Shown here piece by piece: positions 28,623 through 43,254 of a stretch of DNA of 64,000 nucleotides. The stretch is from Octopus vulgaris (lineage: Eukaryota). Position numbers and translations under genes: made by a program. The notes under the pieces were generated by a model. It was not told the DNA's origin. It did no database searches and was given only the letters and a program-made list of their open reading frames with translations. Positions within the stretch are counted from its first letter, which is position 1, and every line of letters begins with the position of its first letter. The stretch is from NCBI GenBank assembly GCA_951406725.2, contig OX597814.1, forward strand, positions 172,732,001 to 172,796,000, written 5' to 3'.

Positions 28623-30242
28623 ACCAACCACGACTCACGCCATTACCCACAAAGAATAATCTCTAATTCGAGTCTACTCTAAGCTACTAAGAATGCGTGT
28701 GACAACTTGAAGATCCACCCACCACACGCGATAGACTGGTGGTTGCACGGGCGCGAAAGCTACGTTGTTATCCTCATTCCGTAAACAGTGGCTTTTAACG
28801 GGCGGAGAGCTGAACCAACCTGGGTTACAGAGAATTCGCAATCTAGACTAGGGTCTGAAAGTTTACCACACCATAATGGGTTACACCATGGTTCCTCTGT
28901 TTTGTGGTAGAAGTAGGAAGAAAGAGTGAGAGAAAGTTGTGGTGAAAGAGTACAGCGGGGTTCACCACTCTCCACCCCCGCCGGAGCTTCTTGGAGCTTA
29001 GGTGCTTTTTGCTCAATAAACACTCACAATGCCCGCGCGAATCCGCTGCCCTAACCACTGGGCCATTGCGCCTCCCACTACTGTTGTCGTGACTCAATCC
29101 AAACATTCTGAAGCAAATTTATGATTAAATGCATTTTCCCCGAGAGCATTGCATCTTTGATATATTCTAACATTGTCTAATTAGGACATCATCTAAAGTT
29201 TCCTTCATTATCTATGTCAGTAGGGTGGGATTTAGGTTTGATTTGGTTGCTATTTCTTGCGAGTCAAATATGCCAGCCATGAAGGTCTTATCTTTTGTTT
29301 TAAAGATTTTGTACTTAGAAGTAGATCATGTACCGTACAGTTTCTACTTTAAGACATTACGCCGTAATTAAGGAAAATTTTATTGCTATTTCTAGTTCAT
29401 CATGCAACCATGTAGAAGTTCAATCGTGGGATCGTTTATTACTGTTGTTTAGCAACAGAGATCGGACCTTATCAGGCAGAAGTATGATCAAAGATATCAC
29501 AGTGGTAATAATCACATATTTTTCTCTTTATTTTTTTTTTCTGAGGCAGTATCTTAAACTACATTAGGATTACATTAGCCAACGTGTTCCTCCCTTTATA
29601 AGATATTAAGGTTTGTTTTGAAGGGTTTTGGGGCTGGTATTTCTCGTTGGTCGAGCGATCACATACATGCTTCATCACTGGATCAAGTGTTATCGTTCTG
29701 TTTGCATCCCTCCTGCTTCCGCAATAAACTTTATTTGATGTTCTTTTTTTTTTTATTGTATTCATTTATTCGGTAGGGAGGACGGAAGTGACGCAGGATC
29801 CATATCCGTAACACGCCCTTTTATGCAGGGTGTGAGACGGGGAGAATTAGACACGGGCTATTTACGCTCGTTTCAAAAGCGGTGTGAACAGATACAAATT
29901 ATTGAACTTGTCGGAAAATCTCGACAGCCATCTTTTCAGCATCTCTATCATCCTTACACAGATATTTATAGTCGCATACACACGCACACACAGAGGCAAA
30001 TGCATGCTCGTGCGAGCACACACACACACACACGCGCACATGCACGCACGTACACACGCACATGCACGCACGTACACACGCACACACACTAACACGTGCA
30101 TACGCATGTGGGAGTGCGTATAATGATTTCGTATGAATTTTTAGTCAATGGCGAATAGAAATTAGCAAATCTACATAACTATATACATAAATAATGCATA
30201 TATATGTACGTATGAATGTGTATATACATATATATATATATA

Positions 30243-30371
<129 letters not shown>

Positions 30372-31587
30372 ATATATGTATATATATTTGCACACATACA
30401 CACACACATATATATGGACATGTATAAACTTATACACACAAACACACACATGCACGCACTCACACGCACACATAGATACATATGCACATAAATGTTCATA
30501 GATATGTACATGTATATGTATATTAATAAATATAAAAGTATGTATGTATGTATACATGTATGTATGTATACACACATGTATAAATACAAAAGCATTCAAA
30601 ATTATACACTTATGCATGTGCGCGTACACCGGACCTTGTAATAGTGCTGTATTTTTCTGCGAACATGTATACACACACTTACACACACAACGCATACTCA
30701 CACACGCTAGCGCACACACAAACAAGCACTCATACACACTTCCGTGTACACATACGTGTAGATGCAGAACCGATACACCCTCACCACACAGACACACACA
30801 CACACTCATACATGCACAGACAGACATGGCCTCAGACAAGCAAACGGTTTTGTTTATTACGATTACCATTTATGTTCATGTTTTGTTTGTTTGTTTGTTT
30901 GTTTGTTTCTTTATTTATTTATCAATTTATATATTTATTTATATTCATCTTCTGGTCTCTCAATTCCATTGCTGGCTCGTGTCAACATGAACATCATCAT
31001 CAGAGGAGATGAGGCCAGCGATACCAAACAGCCGTACGACATCTGTCAGCATTATAAGCAGAGAAGTCTTGAAGCCTTTTGTCTTGATGTTTTGTTAATG
31101 GCACGATTCCCGAGGTTGATGACTATTCAATCACAGAAGTTACTGTTTCACAAGTCAATTCTTCCGTCATTTCCATACATTTTTATTGTCGTAATCTGCT
31201 TTTAATAGGAGTAAAAATAAAAAAATAGAAAATTAAAAGCAGCATAAATAAATAATAATGATAATAATAATTGCGTCTTTTTTTTACATATTAATAATGT
31301 ATATATATATATGTGTTTGTGTATTATATATATATATATATACATACACGTATATATATATACATATATATTATATACATTTAATTATATTATATATACA
31401 TATACATATATATATATATATACATATATATATTTATATATATATATATATATATAACATTATATATATGTATATATATAATATATATATATATACATAC
31501 ATATATATATATTACTTATATATATATATATTACATATATACTTATATATATATATATATTACATATATACTTATATATTATATACT

Positions 31588-31621
<34 letters not shown>

Positions 31622-33299
31622 TATATGTGCATATACTTATATATATATATGTGTTTATATGTGTATGTATATATGTATGTATGTATTTATACATGCGTGT
31701 GCATGTATCTTGTGTCTATGTAGTTGTACCAAAAAGTTAAACATAAATATGGAGTAATATCAAAAGACAGGAGCTTTGCCAACGTAGCCGTCGCAGCCGC
31801 CGGCTGGCAGTGTCAGTGATAACAGAGCAACATTAGAAGCGATGGATTGTGCTCTAGCGGCACAAGCAGACACGACTGGCAGAAGATGGTGTTGTTAGAT
31901 TAGACGGAGAGTCGGGGAACGTATGTAAATAACATTTCTTTTTTCCTTTCATGTGAAGATGCCCGAGACATCCGGTTTTCCACCATATTCCGCCATATTT
32001 TTGCATGTATGAAAGTTCGGGATGTTCATCAATTTCCACGAGAGATGAGATAACAACAACAACAACAACAACAACAGTAATAGTAGTAGTAGTAGTAGTA
32101 GTAGTAGTGATAATAATATCGTCAATCTACTTCATTTTGGTTAATATATAAAGGGTTGAGGTAACTCCTCCAGAAGATATAGAATCAAAATTAAAAGAGA
32201 GCTTTTAATTTTGACTCAATATCTCCAGTTTAAATGAAATAATTCATTCAGGGGTGATTGTGATTAGAAAAGGGAATCTTCATTCAGTGCCTAATGAAAT
32301 TCATAAGATCATGAGAGGGACATACTTTAGCTGTATAAAAACAGAAGTAAGTATTCGGCATAAAAAAAGACAACGATTCTTTGAAAAGTACAAAGAGCTC
32401 TCGTCAAACCAAAATCATTTTATCAACTTCGTAAAAATATAATTGAAATTAAATGCAGCACTAACAGCAAGGCAAGTAGGATTTAGGGCAAGAATATGAG
32501 CAGTGAAGGAATAACTATTGAAACGGTCACTTAAAACAACAAACACAAATTTTGAACAATTGGGATATGTCATAATAGCAAAAGCTGTGACCTACACACA
32601 CAGCGAAAACCCAAACAACCGAATGACGTGCGAATATAATACGATTTCAAATATCAGGTTATATAAGGCTGTATAATAGAGATGCTTAATGAAATACCGA
32701 CGCATATTTCCAAATATGGCCAACCCATCCTCAAAGAGGTGAAAAGTTCCTCTCGGTAAGTAAGATTGAAGTGGCCCATGATCTGACCAACTTCCATCCG
32801 TGTAACCTTGTGTATGCCCCAAAAGGTAGTTTCCCACGCTTTTACAGTCGTATTAAAACATGTAGCTTCTGGCAGTTTCTATGCTGAGAAAAAAAAAACC
32901 CCACGTCTTTAGACCATCATCGACCTTGATAGTGGTAGTTATTGTGTCCATTTGTCCATTTATATATTTTCTGTTTTATTTGCGAAACTTGAAGAGTAAA
33001 ACGCGGCCTTTCACTTGGATTGTCGATATTCTTGTTTTTATCGCTTTACTTGTTACTGTTGATGTTAGGTTTTCCACATATGCTTTTTGTAATTTTCTAC
33101 TTTTGATTCAGGATTTTATTCTCTCAAATAGTAATAAGAATTCTAAGTCAGAAAATACCTACAAAGAATATGAGCTGCTCGAAGGAAGGCAAACTTTTGG
33201 AGCATGCCTTTTTTAATGTCCAAACATTTTAGGTAGTTGTACACTAGTTGTATTTAATTGAACCCTAGTATCACTTTCACTTTTACCAGTTGGACATCC

Positions 33300-33520
33300 A
33301 TATATTTCTAATATCATTCTATTACATAAGCTACATAAGCATATTTCAAAAAACTTCTACTTCATCGTCTGCAAGTGTTTTCGTCGGAAGGAATTGAAAC
33401 GTCGATTATGAGGCATTCTCTTCTGTTTATGTCAGATACTTGACTGACGCTCTTCAAGTATTGTCTTGTGTAGCTGTCTAAATCCCAAAGAATTTTTGGC
33501 TTACTTGTTCCATTTAGAGC
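33300..33520 (-). mobile_element. RLE-type (R4/Dong-like) non-LTR retrotransposon endonuclease relic
   Basis: KILWD...RECLIIDVSIPSDEN motif typical of restriction-like endonuclease domains. Confidence 0.6.
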
Positions 33521-34733
33521 AGTGTAAATTAAGACAAACTTTATTCTGTCGCTTGCATTTTTCCTTGTGAGCATTTAAAGCTATCATATGATCAATATTT
33601 TTTTTACTCATTATTAAATAGGCGGTATTGATTAATTTCTGTACTCACTGAATTAGTGTTTAAAGCTTGCTTTTGAGCAACTAGCAATAAACTCTCCGCT
33701 TCTCTCTTTAAATTTCCATTCCGTCCCCTACTCCTTCGATGAGTCGTGATTCTTGACATTTTCTGTAGAACTCTCCATGTAACAACATTTCTTCTAATGC
33801 TTCCTTTCTTTCATAAATTATTTTACTTTTGACATGCTTCCTTTTCTTGAATATCAACACAAATAAGATCTATTTCTGTTATAGTATGTTTAGATTGTAC
33901 TTCTTCACTCTGCGTCAAGGAGTAATTTACTGAGCTTTGCTCTCCGCCCACACAAGGCAGTAATGCTAATAATTTCTGTCTGTTTATTCTTCCATTTCAT
34001 GTTTAAATTGAATCACTCCTTGCATATTCAGCGACAACATATTGATGACTGTTGAATATTTATTTTATCTTATTTATATTTAGATATGTAAGATTTGTTT
34101 GTGCCTATGACTTCAGCAGCCCAGGCAAACCCAAGGAGATTGATGTCATCTACGATCTTTCTTTAAAACTGTTTCAAGTCAACGACTGCGAGGAAGACAT
34201 TTGCAAGGAATTAATTACAAACGCCAACGTTCTCAGGATAAAGGACTGAGCGTAATGATAAGAGAATGTCTTAAGGGTATATATTGGACACATCATGGTG
34301 ATGGTAGGATGAGAGACTAGAAAAGAGAGAGTACGTAAGTGGAGGGGTGCCATATCAACCAGTTCCCCAAAGAAGAAACTATTGTTGTAGAGAGAGGTGA
34401 TAGTATGAAGAGAAAGGCTAATGTTAGATATGTAGAAGATAAGTAGTCACCGGGGGAAGTCGCCAGTAAAAGTGACGTCACAAAGGTTCTGGTTGCATGC
34501 TTCTTATGTTTAAGTGGCATAAGGCGCGATGTTTTCTTGATATGTTCAGTGATAAAATTTTGTCTTTCTGTTGAAGGCAACATGAATGGCATGACACTAT
34601 TTGAGAATGTTCAAGGCACTCGTACAGATTTATCTAGACAGTGTTTGGATGATGCTTCTATGAAACAGGTTAAAGAAGAATGTAGTGGATATCATTTGCG
34701 TAAATGTGTTGATGCCTGAGGTAACTGTAACTA

Positions 34734-35240
34734 GGCCTTTAAGCTTCATTAATACAAGCCATGATGAAATCTGACAGGAAGATACCAATGTAAGAGATAA
34801 GATACGGGTGGGACTCATTGGTGTCCAGACTTGATATGAAATCTGTGTGCCAAGCAAAGTCGAAAGATTTGCTGGTGTGAGGGGCAACGGCTTCGACCAA
34901 ATTTCTTGAAGGTAAGAGCCAGTTCTGATTGACAGAGGTAAATTTGTCTCTAATGGAAGGAAGTATAACGAAATAAATCGACCATCACAAATTACTAGCA
35001 AATATATCGATTGGCCTTTAAGCTTCATTAATACAAGCCATAATGAAATCTGATAGGAAGATACCAATGTAAGAGATAAGATGTGGATGGGACTCATTGG
35101 TGTCCAGACTTGAAAGACTTGCTGGTGTGAAGGGCAACGCTTTTGCGAAATTCCTTGAAGATAAGAGACAGTTCTGATTGACAGAGGTAAATTTGTCTCT
35201 AAAGGAAGGAAGTATAACGAAATAAATCGACCTTCACAAA
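34734..35240. repeat. Direct tandem duplication, period 279 bp
   Basis: ggcctttaagcttcattaatacaagcc starts at 34734 and again at 35013; the second unit has an internal deletion of about 29 bp. Confidence 0.9.
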
Positions 35241-36690
35241 TCGATTGAGAATACTGAATGGCTAAATCAACTGTATGTAGAAACGTGTTTCTATAACATT
35301 TGGAGGAAGCAGTTATCAATTATCTGCTATGCTTCGTTGTAAGGCGCTTTATCTACAAAGGCACAAGACGGGTGGCAGTTGTTGTTTATCCCTACAGAGC
35401 TACGATTAAGGACATTTCAATTGTAAATTTACTACTTTTTGGGGGGACGTAGGACTGGATTATTTTATATGTCCTTTATTTCACCAACGAAAGATTTAAG
35501 ACAAATTTGTCTGATATTTATAGCAATATCGATTGATAGAATGTTATTTTTTTTTATTTGAGATGATGTGACGGATTGTTTCAAGGGGTTACATTATACA
35601 ATCAATTTATTATTGACCCTAGTACATCCCTATTATTTATTGACTGATCGTATATTAGATAAAATAGGTGTTAAATGAGATTTAAATTTAAGAAGTAGAA
35701 CGGGGAAACTCGATACTACAATTCATTTAGTCCACAGTTGAATCTTTTACGTTAACTGACCCATCATCATCCAAGCAAATACAAATGATTTATTATATCA
35801 ACGTGAATCTTTGAGAAATTTTGATATTTATCTGTATATCACATCCTTAACATGTGTAAGTGTAGGTTAAGTTTCTATGATTTTATTATTGCCCAAACAC
35901 TTTGAGGTCATAGCATTTTCAGAGAGCCTGTTAATCTGTCTTCGACTTGGAGATAAATAGTGGAGATATTATTATAATATCTCTACAATTTATCTCAAAC
36001 AGATATGATAAAGCACGAAAATAAAGTCACCGCCGACTCGATACTTAGTGTGATTTCCTTCCTATTCCCCAAAGTAGCTAATACTTTTGTCAATTAGGCA
36101 ATGCTGACATGTTAACACTAGGTCATCTTTAGGATTATCGGAAAAAAATATCTCCAGGTCGAAGGAGGTGACAAAATATAACATAACGTCTGATAAGATC
36201 AGCCTGGCTGTCATCTCTTGCAAACATACACACACGTACACATATACATACTCACAGATGCAGACATAAACGCACACATACACACACGCGCAGAGTTTCT
36301 ATCAGCCTCTCGTTCTTTTCCGCCCTTTCCTTATTTCTATCGACACATAATAATAATTTAATTTATAATGATGAATTACTAATCTATCTCATGACATCTC
36401 GCCTCACAACATTCATTACGACGTATTTTTTTCTTCCTAAATTACAATAAAATCAACCTTAATTGAAATAATAAAATATCAAGATCAAACTACAAAGGGA
36501 AAAAAAATCTATCTGTACAGCATCGGAAAGAGAAGACAGAATTAGCGATAACAATAAAATAGAGAGTCGAGTTAAAAGCAATTTTTTGAAAATATAAGAC
36601 TTTGAATTCAATATGAACAGAATTCATTTTAAACACTAAATGGCATGTAGCTTCGTATCTGGGAAGCCAATGGACATTCTACATGCATTA

Positions 36691-36741
<51 letters not shown>

Positions 36742-36927
36742 CACACTCATGCAGACATATATATATATGTATATAAGGCGCAGGAGTGGCTGTGTGGGAA
36801 AATGCTTGCTTCCCAACTACATCGATCCAGGTTCAGTTCAACTGCATGGCACCTAAGTCAAGTGTCTTCTACTATAGTCTCAGGCTGACCAAAGTATTGG
36901 TAGACAGAAACTAAAAGAAGCCTCTTG

Positions 36928-37006
<79 letters not shown>

Positions 37007-37031
37007 AATATATATATATATTTTTTTTTTT

Positions 37032-37252
37032 CTTTTACTTGTTTCAGTCAGTTGACTGCGGCCATGCTGGAGCACCGCTTTTAGTCGAGCGACTCGACCC
37101 CGGGACTTATTCTTTGTAAGCCCAGTACTTATTCTATCGGTCTCTTTTTTCGAACCGCTAAGTGACGGGGACATAAACACACCAGCTTCGGTTGTCAAAC
37201 AATGCTAGGGGGACAAACACAGACACACAAACATACATGCACACACACACAC

Positions 37253-37304
<52 letters not shown>

Positions 37305-37392
37305 GACGGGCTTCTTTCAGTTTTCGTCTGCCAAATCCACTCACAAGGCTTTGGTCGGCCCGGGGCTATAGTAGAAGACACTTGCCCAAGGT
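37032..37392 (-). mobile_element. Composite SINE family B, near full length
   Basis: Tail tttacttgtttcagtc..gcggccatgctggagcaccgc, internal (CA)/(TA), head acgacgggcttctttcag..gcagtgggactgaac. Confidence 0.85.
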
Positions 37393-37481
37393 GCCACGCA
37401 GTGGGACTGAACATGCAGAATTTTACAATTCTTCAAAATATATTTACACATATAATTAGCAACTGCTGAAAATTTTAGAGC

Positions 37482-37708
37482 TAGACTTCAGGAAGACATG
37501 GGACGAGGTGATCAAGCATTACCTTCCTACGTTGAGCCCCACAGAGGCTATGACGAAAGACCAAGACCTCTGGAGACATGCTGTGACTTTGAAGACCCGA
37601 CAAATGAAGTGAGTCCATGGCTCGCAGGACAGCCTGTTGTGTGCTAACCTTGGATTGCAGAGTGACCCGCTGTTCTTGAGGAGACCTATTGAGTCAAGTA
37701 CGTTAACA

Positions 37709-37711
<3 letters not shown>
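37482..37711 (+). mobile_element. RTE-like LINE 3' end
   Basis: RKTWDEVIK..EAMTKDQDLWRHAV resembles the GRP.K.W...D...WR C-terminus of RTE ORFs. Confidence 0.6.
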
Positions 37712-37782
<71 letters not shown>

Positions 37783-37786
<4 letters not shown>

Positions 37787-38960
37787 TAAAAAATGGAGTT
37801 AACGCAGGTTTAAACAAGTATTTTTACTTTCTACACATGTTTCGAAAATTCCACTGATACTATTCAAAAGAATAAATGGTATAAACAATGCAATCTTCTC
37901 TTCGGGAAAGTGAAAAAAACGAAACTCGTCAATACGACATTTTAGCAAAAAATGATGGATTTGTATAGCGATAGACAGAACGCTATTAATATTGTTTAAA
38001 AAAACGTTATATGATATAACGTCATAAGTAGCTAACAGAAAGAGTAGGGATATTAATAGTGAATGTTAAATATAAAGGAAATTAAAGTTTAAATTATATA
38101 TAATGATAGAGACTACTTATATGCACTAAATGTATGTTTCTGCCAATGCTTACATCTGTATGCTCGTTCTATAACCGTGTTTACTAGAGTATTTTTAGAA
38201 AAAAATAATGAAAAATAGCTCAGAATTGCAGAGAAGACAGAATTTCTTGCCTTTGTCATATGGTATCGAAATTGAGAGGATCAACCATTCTAAATGAAAT
38301 TGTTCATTGTGGTCTTTTAAATCCCAAATCAGTTTTCTGAGACCGGTACTATTCCGTTTATTTCTATCCCTAAATGTTGAGTAATGGATAGAAATTCTTT
38401 TAGATAACTCTAACGATGTGCTTCCAATGTAAAATCGTACTTTATTACGAGTACTGATTATACACTGGTATATAGAATTTTTAATCTTAGAGTTACTTCT
38501 CGGGTGAGACCAGCTTTGTTATGAGCAAGCCAAAGTGCCTTATTAAGTACTATCGGATTAATAGACGAATAAAAATTGGAAATATCAAACTGGATAAACT
38601 TTGTACTCACCTTACTGTTAATAGACCTAAACCAGTCAACTACTTCAAATGAATTAGTCCATATTATATCCTCTCATAATAACAAACTGTTAAATATTAA
38701 TACATTTACTAATACTAACATTAATTTAGCTAATACCATCCAACCCTCTAGAAATATTAATAACAAGGTTATTGTATCTGAAGTCAATTCCAATAGAATT
38801 AAATTTATGTCAAGTAACTCTAAGATTAAAAATTCTATATACCAGTGTATAATCAGTACTCGTAATAAAGTACGATTTTACATTGGAAGCACATCGTTAG
38901 AGTTATCTAAAAGAATTTCTATCCATTACTCAACATTTAGGGATAGAAATAAACGGAATA
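37783..38960 (-). mobile_element. Degenerate Naiad-like Penelope element (GIY-YIG endonuclease, 3' tail) with internal inverted duplication
   Basis: Minus strand SIYQCIISTRNKVRFYIGSTS..KRISIHYSTFR..LIWDLK..YDKGKKFCLLCNSE (GIY-YIG plus CxxCxxE). 149-bp inverted repeat at 38350-38498 / 38812-38960. Confidence 0.8.
37826..37911 (-). ncRNA. Hammerhead ribozyme motif, CCGAAGA core variant
   Basis: Minus strand: ACTTTC-CCGAAGA-gaagatt...aattttc-GAAAC-atgt-GTA-GAAAGT; lies downstream of the GIY-YIG relic. Confidence 0.75.
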
Positions 38961-39333
38961 TGCGTACTCTATGTCGGGGTTGATAAATAACGTACCAGTC
39001 CAGGTGTCTTGCTCAAATATAAGAGTATCTCATTAGATACCTTTGTAGTTGTTTCGGCTCTGGACGTTCTGAGAAAATCGAGTCCTGTAGCAAACAAAAA
39101 TGGACATAGCCTTGAAAATTCCTTAAGCGAATGCCAACGTACTTTTGTTCGTGACCTTAATGTCCGTACAGCAGCCGGCAGGAGAGAATAGAAAAGGAAT
39201 CAAGTATTATCCCACAAACATACATAGACACCAGCTCATACATATATATGTATGTATGCAGATGTGTGTGTGCTTGCGGGTAGGCGTGCGTGCGTGTGTG
39301 TGTGTATGCTCGCACGTATGAGAGAAACAGAGA

Positions 39334-39364
<31 letters not shown>

Positions 39365-40673
39365 TGTATGTATGTATGTATGTATGTATGTATGTATGTA
39401 TGCATGCATGTATGCATGTATGCATGTATGTGTGTATGTATGCTTGTATGTATATATGTATGTAACCCACAAAATAAGAGTTTGCCTATTTGAAAGCTAC
39501 TAATTAAATTAAAATTTTATATAAAGATAGTTATACAAGTATTCTTAATGAAAGAATAAAAGAATATCATACAGAATAATAACAAAAAAACAATGGTGAT
39601 CAAGAACAACTAAACAACTCTTTTATTCATTAAAAAATAAATTAATAAAACCGGTAAACAATGCAGGTTGGATTCACTTAAAAACATCCATTCTTTAATC
39701 TCAAATAATCTTTCAGTTAAGATTTTCTAATGCACGCTAGGTTCTCTACTTAAACTAATACTCTAAACAGCAGCTAATCAGTTTTCGTGCAGGAATATTT
39801 TAGAAAATTCCTAAAAACCTTTCTCGCATGAACATCATTTGGTGCGGTCAACATCTTATTTTTGGTCGATTTAATTGATTCGTAAGTTGTAAAAGTCTAA
39901 ATGCGGGAGAAAAAAAAAGAACCATTAAAAAAGACACATCAATATAAAAATGGAAGACAAAGTACTATGAAATAAAAAAAAAAGGAACAGCAACAACAAA
40001 AATAATAAATAAACTGCAGAAATTAATGAAGAAAATGAATTTTCAATGAAAAATCAAAATAAATGAATAACAAGGGAAATAATTCATAATTGAAAGCGTA
40101 TTTTCTCTCGAAAGCGATAAATTGAAAAACGGGAAAATATGGAGAAAAAATATAACTACACTTAAAACAAGCCGTTAGCCAGTAAAATATAATTCCCTGT
40201 GGAAAATTTTCATTTCATGAAGAAATTCTCTTTCATTTTTAAGAAATAAAAGAAGAAAATAGACGTTGTTATTGTTGTTGTTACTATTTGGTTTTTATTT
40301 CTATTTTGTTGTTGATCTTTCTCCTTCCTCTGCCCCTCTTCTCGTCTCCCTTTTTTGTTCTTTTTTTTTTCTTGTCTTCTTGATTTCTGCTCCTAACTCA
40401 AAACCTTCCATCTTCTTTAAGCTACAATAAAGACGATATTAGGAGAATCGTTAGAACGTCGGAAATACTGCCATGCGGTATTTATGACGGTTCTTTAGCT
40501 TCCGAGTTCAAATCCTGTCAAGCTTTAACTTGCTTAACAACTCTGAGATCAACGAACAAAAGTAAAATAAAAATGAAGTACCAATAAAGTACCTTGAGCC
40601 AATATTAAACAAGTATTATGATAGGCAAAATAGATGTCGGAAAAATAACTTTCAGTTTTCTTTCTATGTATTT

Positions 40674-40900
40674 GGCGAGCTAGCAGAATCGTTAGCACGT
40701 CGGGCGAAATGCTTAGCGGTATTTCGTCTGCCGTTACGTTGTGAGTTCAAATTCCGCCGAGGTCGACTTTGCCTTTCATCCTTTCGGGGTCGATAAATTA
40801 AGTACCAGTTAAGCACTGGGGTCGATATAATCGACTTAATACCTATGTCTGTCCATGTTTGTCCCCTCTATGTTCAGCCCCTTGTGGGTAATAAAGAAAT
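40674..40900 (+). mobile_element. tRNA-derived SINE family A, full length
   Basis: Intact head, central block and AATAAAGAAA tail. Other copies at ~41604-41880 (three heads, two orientations), 45465-45660(+), 47315-47480(-), 47605-47775(-), 49290-49500(+). Confidence 0.85.
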
Positions 40901-41485
40901 AGGTATGTCCTGGTTTCAAAACCGGCCGATGCCAGTTTTCCTTTTCACTGTTTCTAGATCGATGAAATAAAGTTCCAGTCAAAACGCGGAGTTTATGAAA
41001 GCGACAATTGATAAAATACAGTACCAGTCATGTAGTGAGGTTTATGTAGCCAACGAATTTCCTCCCTCAACGTTTATAATACGGCAGAAATTGAAGTACG
41101 AGGTCTGATCAATAAGTATGCGGACTGTTGTCATAGTAACGAAGCTAAAGCCCCTCAACCAGCTCCTCCCCAATAATTCAGGCCTTGTGCCTTTAATAGA
41201 AAGGATTATTACTATCTTTATTTTACATGTAGTAGTAACACGCGAAGGAGAGAGGAGATAAGTATCAATTGCTGTTTCAGTTGTATTTTCGTTGTTGTTT
41301 TCAGCGCCTGATGACACCTGATTAAAGTACTGTCTATACAGGACTATATTATGCAATTCTAAGGATCTTTTTAAAGTCAGTTTGTAGGAAAATTTGACCT
41401 ATTTCTAATAGGTCAAGCGATGGAGTGGTTGGGTCATATGTTGGTGTGTGGTGATACTACTACTACTACTACTAATACTACTACT

Positions 41486-41566
<81 letters not shown>

Positions 41567-42064
41567 TGCTGTATGTTGCAGTAGTAGTAGTAGTAGTATG
41601 AAATGCAAAGCCGACCTCGGCGGAATTTGAACTCAGAACGTAAAGACAGGAGAAGTATCGCTAAGCATGTCTCTCGGCGTGCTAACGTTTCTTATTTGAA
41701 CTCAGAACGTAGCGGCAGACGAAATACTGCTAAGCATGTCGCCCGGCGTGGTAGCGTTTCTGCCAGCTCGCCGCCTTAAAGATTATTATTATTATTGTCA
41801 AGGCGGCGAGCCGGCAGAATCGTTAGCACGCTGTACAAAATGCTTAGCGGCGATTCATTCAGCTCCTTATGAGTTCAAATTACGTAATAGGAGTAGTTGC
41901 TGTTATTCTGCTTGTTGTAAGTCATGACAAACAGCAAAGTTTTGGGCGAGCGTCAAAATTGATGCAAGTAGCAAAACTAAAGATATAGTAAATGTGCTTT
42001 TGAATTTTTTTTATTCGTCAATAAGAATAGCCTCTCTTTGTTTTATATGCCTATTTCTCTTTCC

Positions 42065-42100
<36 letters not shown>

Positions 42101-42479
42101 TTCTGTCAATGTCTCGCTTTCTCCCTGTCTCCTTTCTCTCCTGCTTATTATACGTCCAATAAGAAATATTACCAACATATAAAGAAGCGTATACAAGAAA
42201 AACACAAAGGAAAAATCATAATAAACAAAAGACCTAAAATAACAACAGGGACAACAACAACAAACCTAACAGCCACGACGACGACGACGACGACGATGAT
42301 GATGGTAATATCGAAAGACAAACGAAGGAAATAAAATCAGAATTTTAGTGGAATTGGTTGACAAAGGCGATCTTATGTGAGAGACGTAAAGTTCGTTACT
42401 GGTTCCTCAGGATCACGTATTAAACGTAAACTCGATAAGGAACATGTATAACCCAGCTGAAACAAGTAAATGTAAATTG

Positions 42480-42703
42480 TGATACACGTCGCGTGTGTCT
42501 GTGACATGCTTACACAGAGAGACGATAAAAGGCGTCGCGATAATGTGTGATTGTACGTCCACCTGTGCAAATAATATGGGTTTCCAACCACTGAGAAATG
42601 GTATCAGTATAAAACAGAGAAGATCTTAGAAAATCAGGTTGTGAAACTGCTGCAGGAATTTACAATCTAGGCAGATAGGGTTCTTGAACACACAAAGCCA
42701 GAG
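42480..42703 (+). mobile_element. RLE-type (R4/Dong-like) LINE relic
   Basis: IHVACVCDMLTQRDDKRRRDNV*LYVHLCK*YGFPTTEKWYQYKTEKILENQVVKLLQEFTI*ADRVLEHTKP matches the CCHC/RHD-to-RLE region of these ORFs. Confidence 0.7.
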
Positions 42704-42883
42704 AGAGAGGGGGGGATCGAAATTGACAGAGACAAAAGCAAAGACAGTGAGAGAGAGAGGGAGAGAAGAGGTGTATGGCTTAATGTTTAGGAGGTTGGAC
42801 TCATGAAGAAAGAAGATAGAAAGACAGAAATGTGAAGTAATGCATGTATATACGTAAGTAAATATGTATATATGCACATATAC

Positions 42884-42943
<60 letters not shown>

Positions 42944-43193
42944 ACAGATATACAAACATATATACTGTATATATATATATATATATCTATGCTTTATATG
43001 TATATATAGATATATATATATATGTATATATATATGTATGTATATCTATAATTTATATATATACATATATATATATATGTATATATATAACCATCTGATT
43101 TTCTGAGTACCTCATTTCTTCTAATATATATATATATACATATATATAGATATACATGTATATATACATATATACATATATATATACATACAT

Positions 43194-43254
<61 letters not shown>

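Noticed and set aside
28355-28682. Poly-E/S/R/L ORFs
   Set aside because: All derive from one (CTT)n tract.
41096-41155. Mariner TIR-like start tacgaggtctgatcaataagt
   Set aside because: Only ~60 bp with no partner TIR or transposase; too little to annotate as an element.
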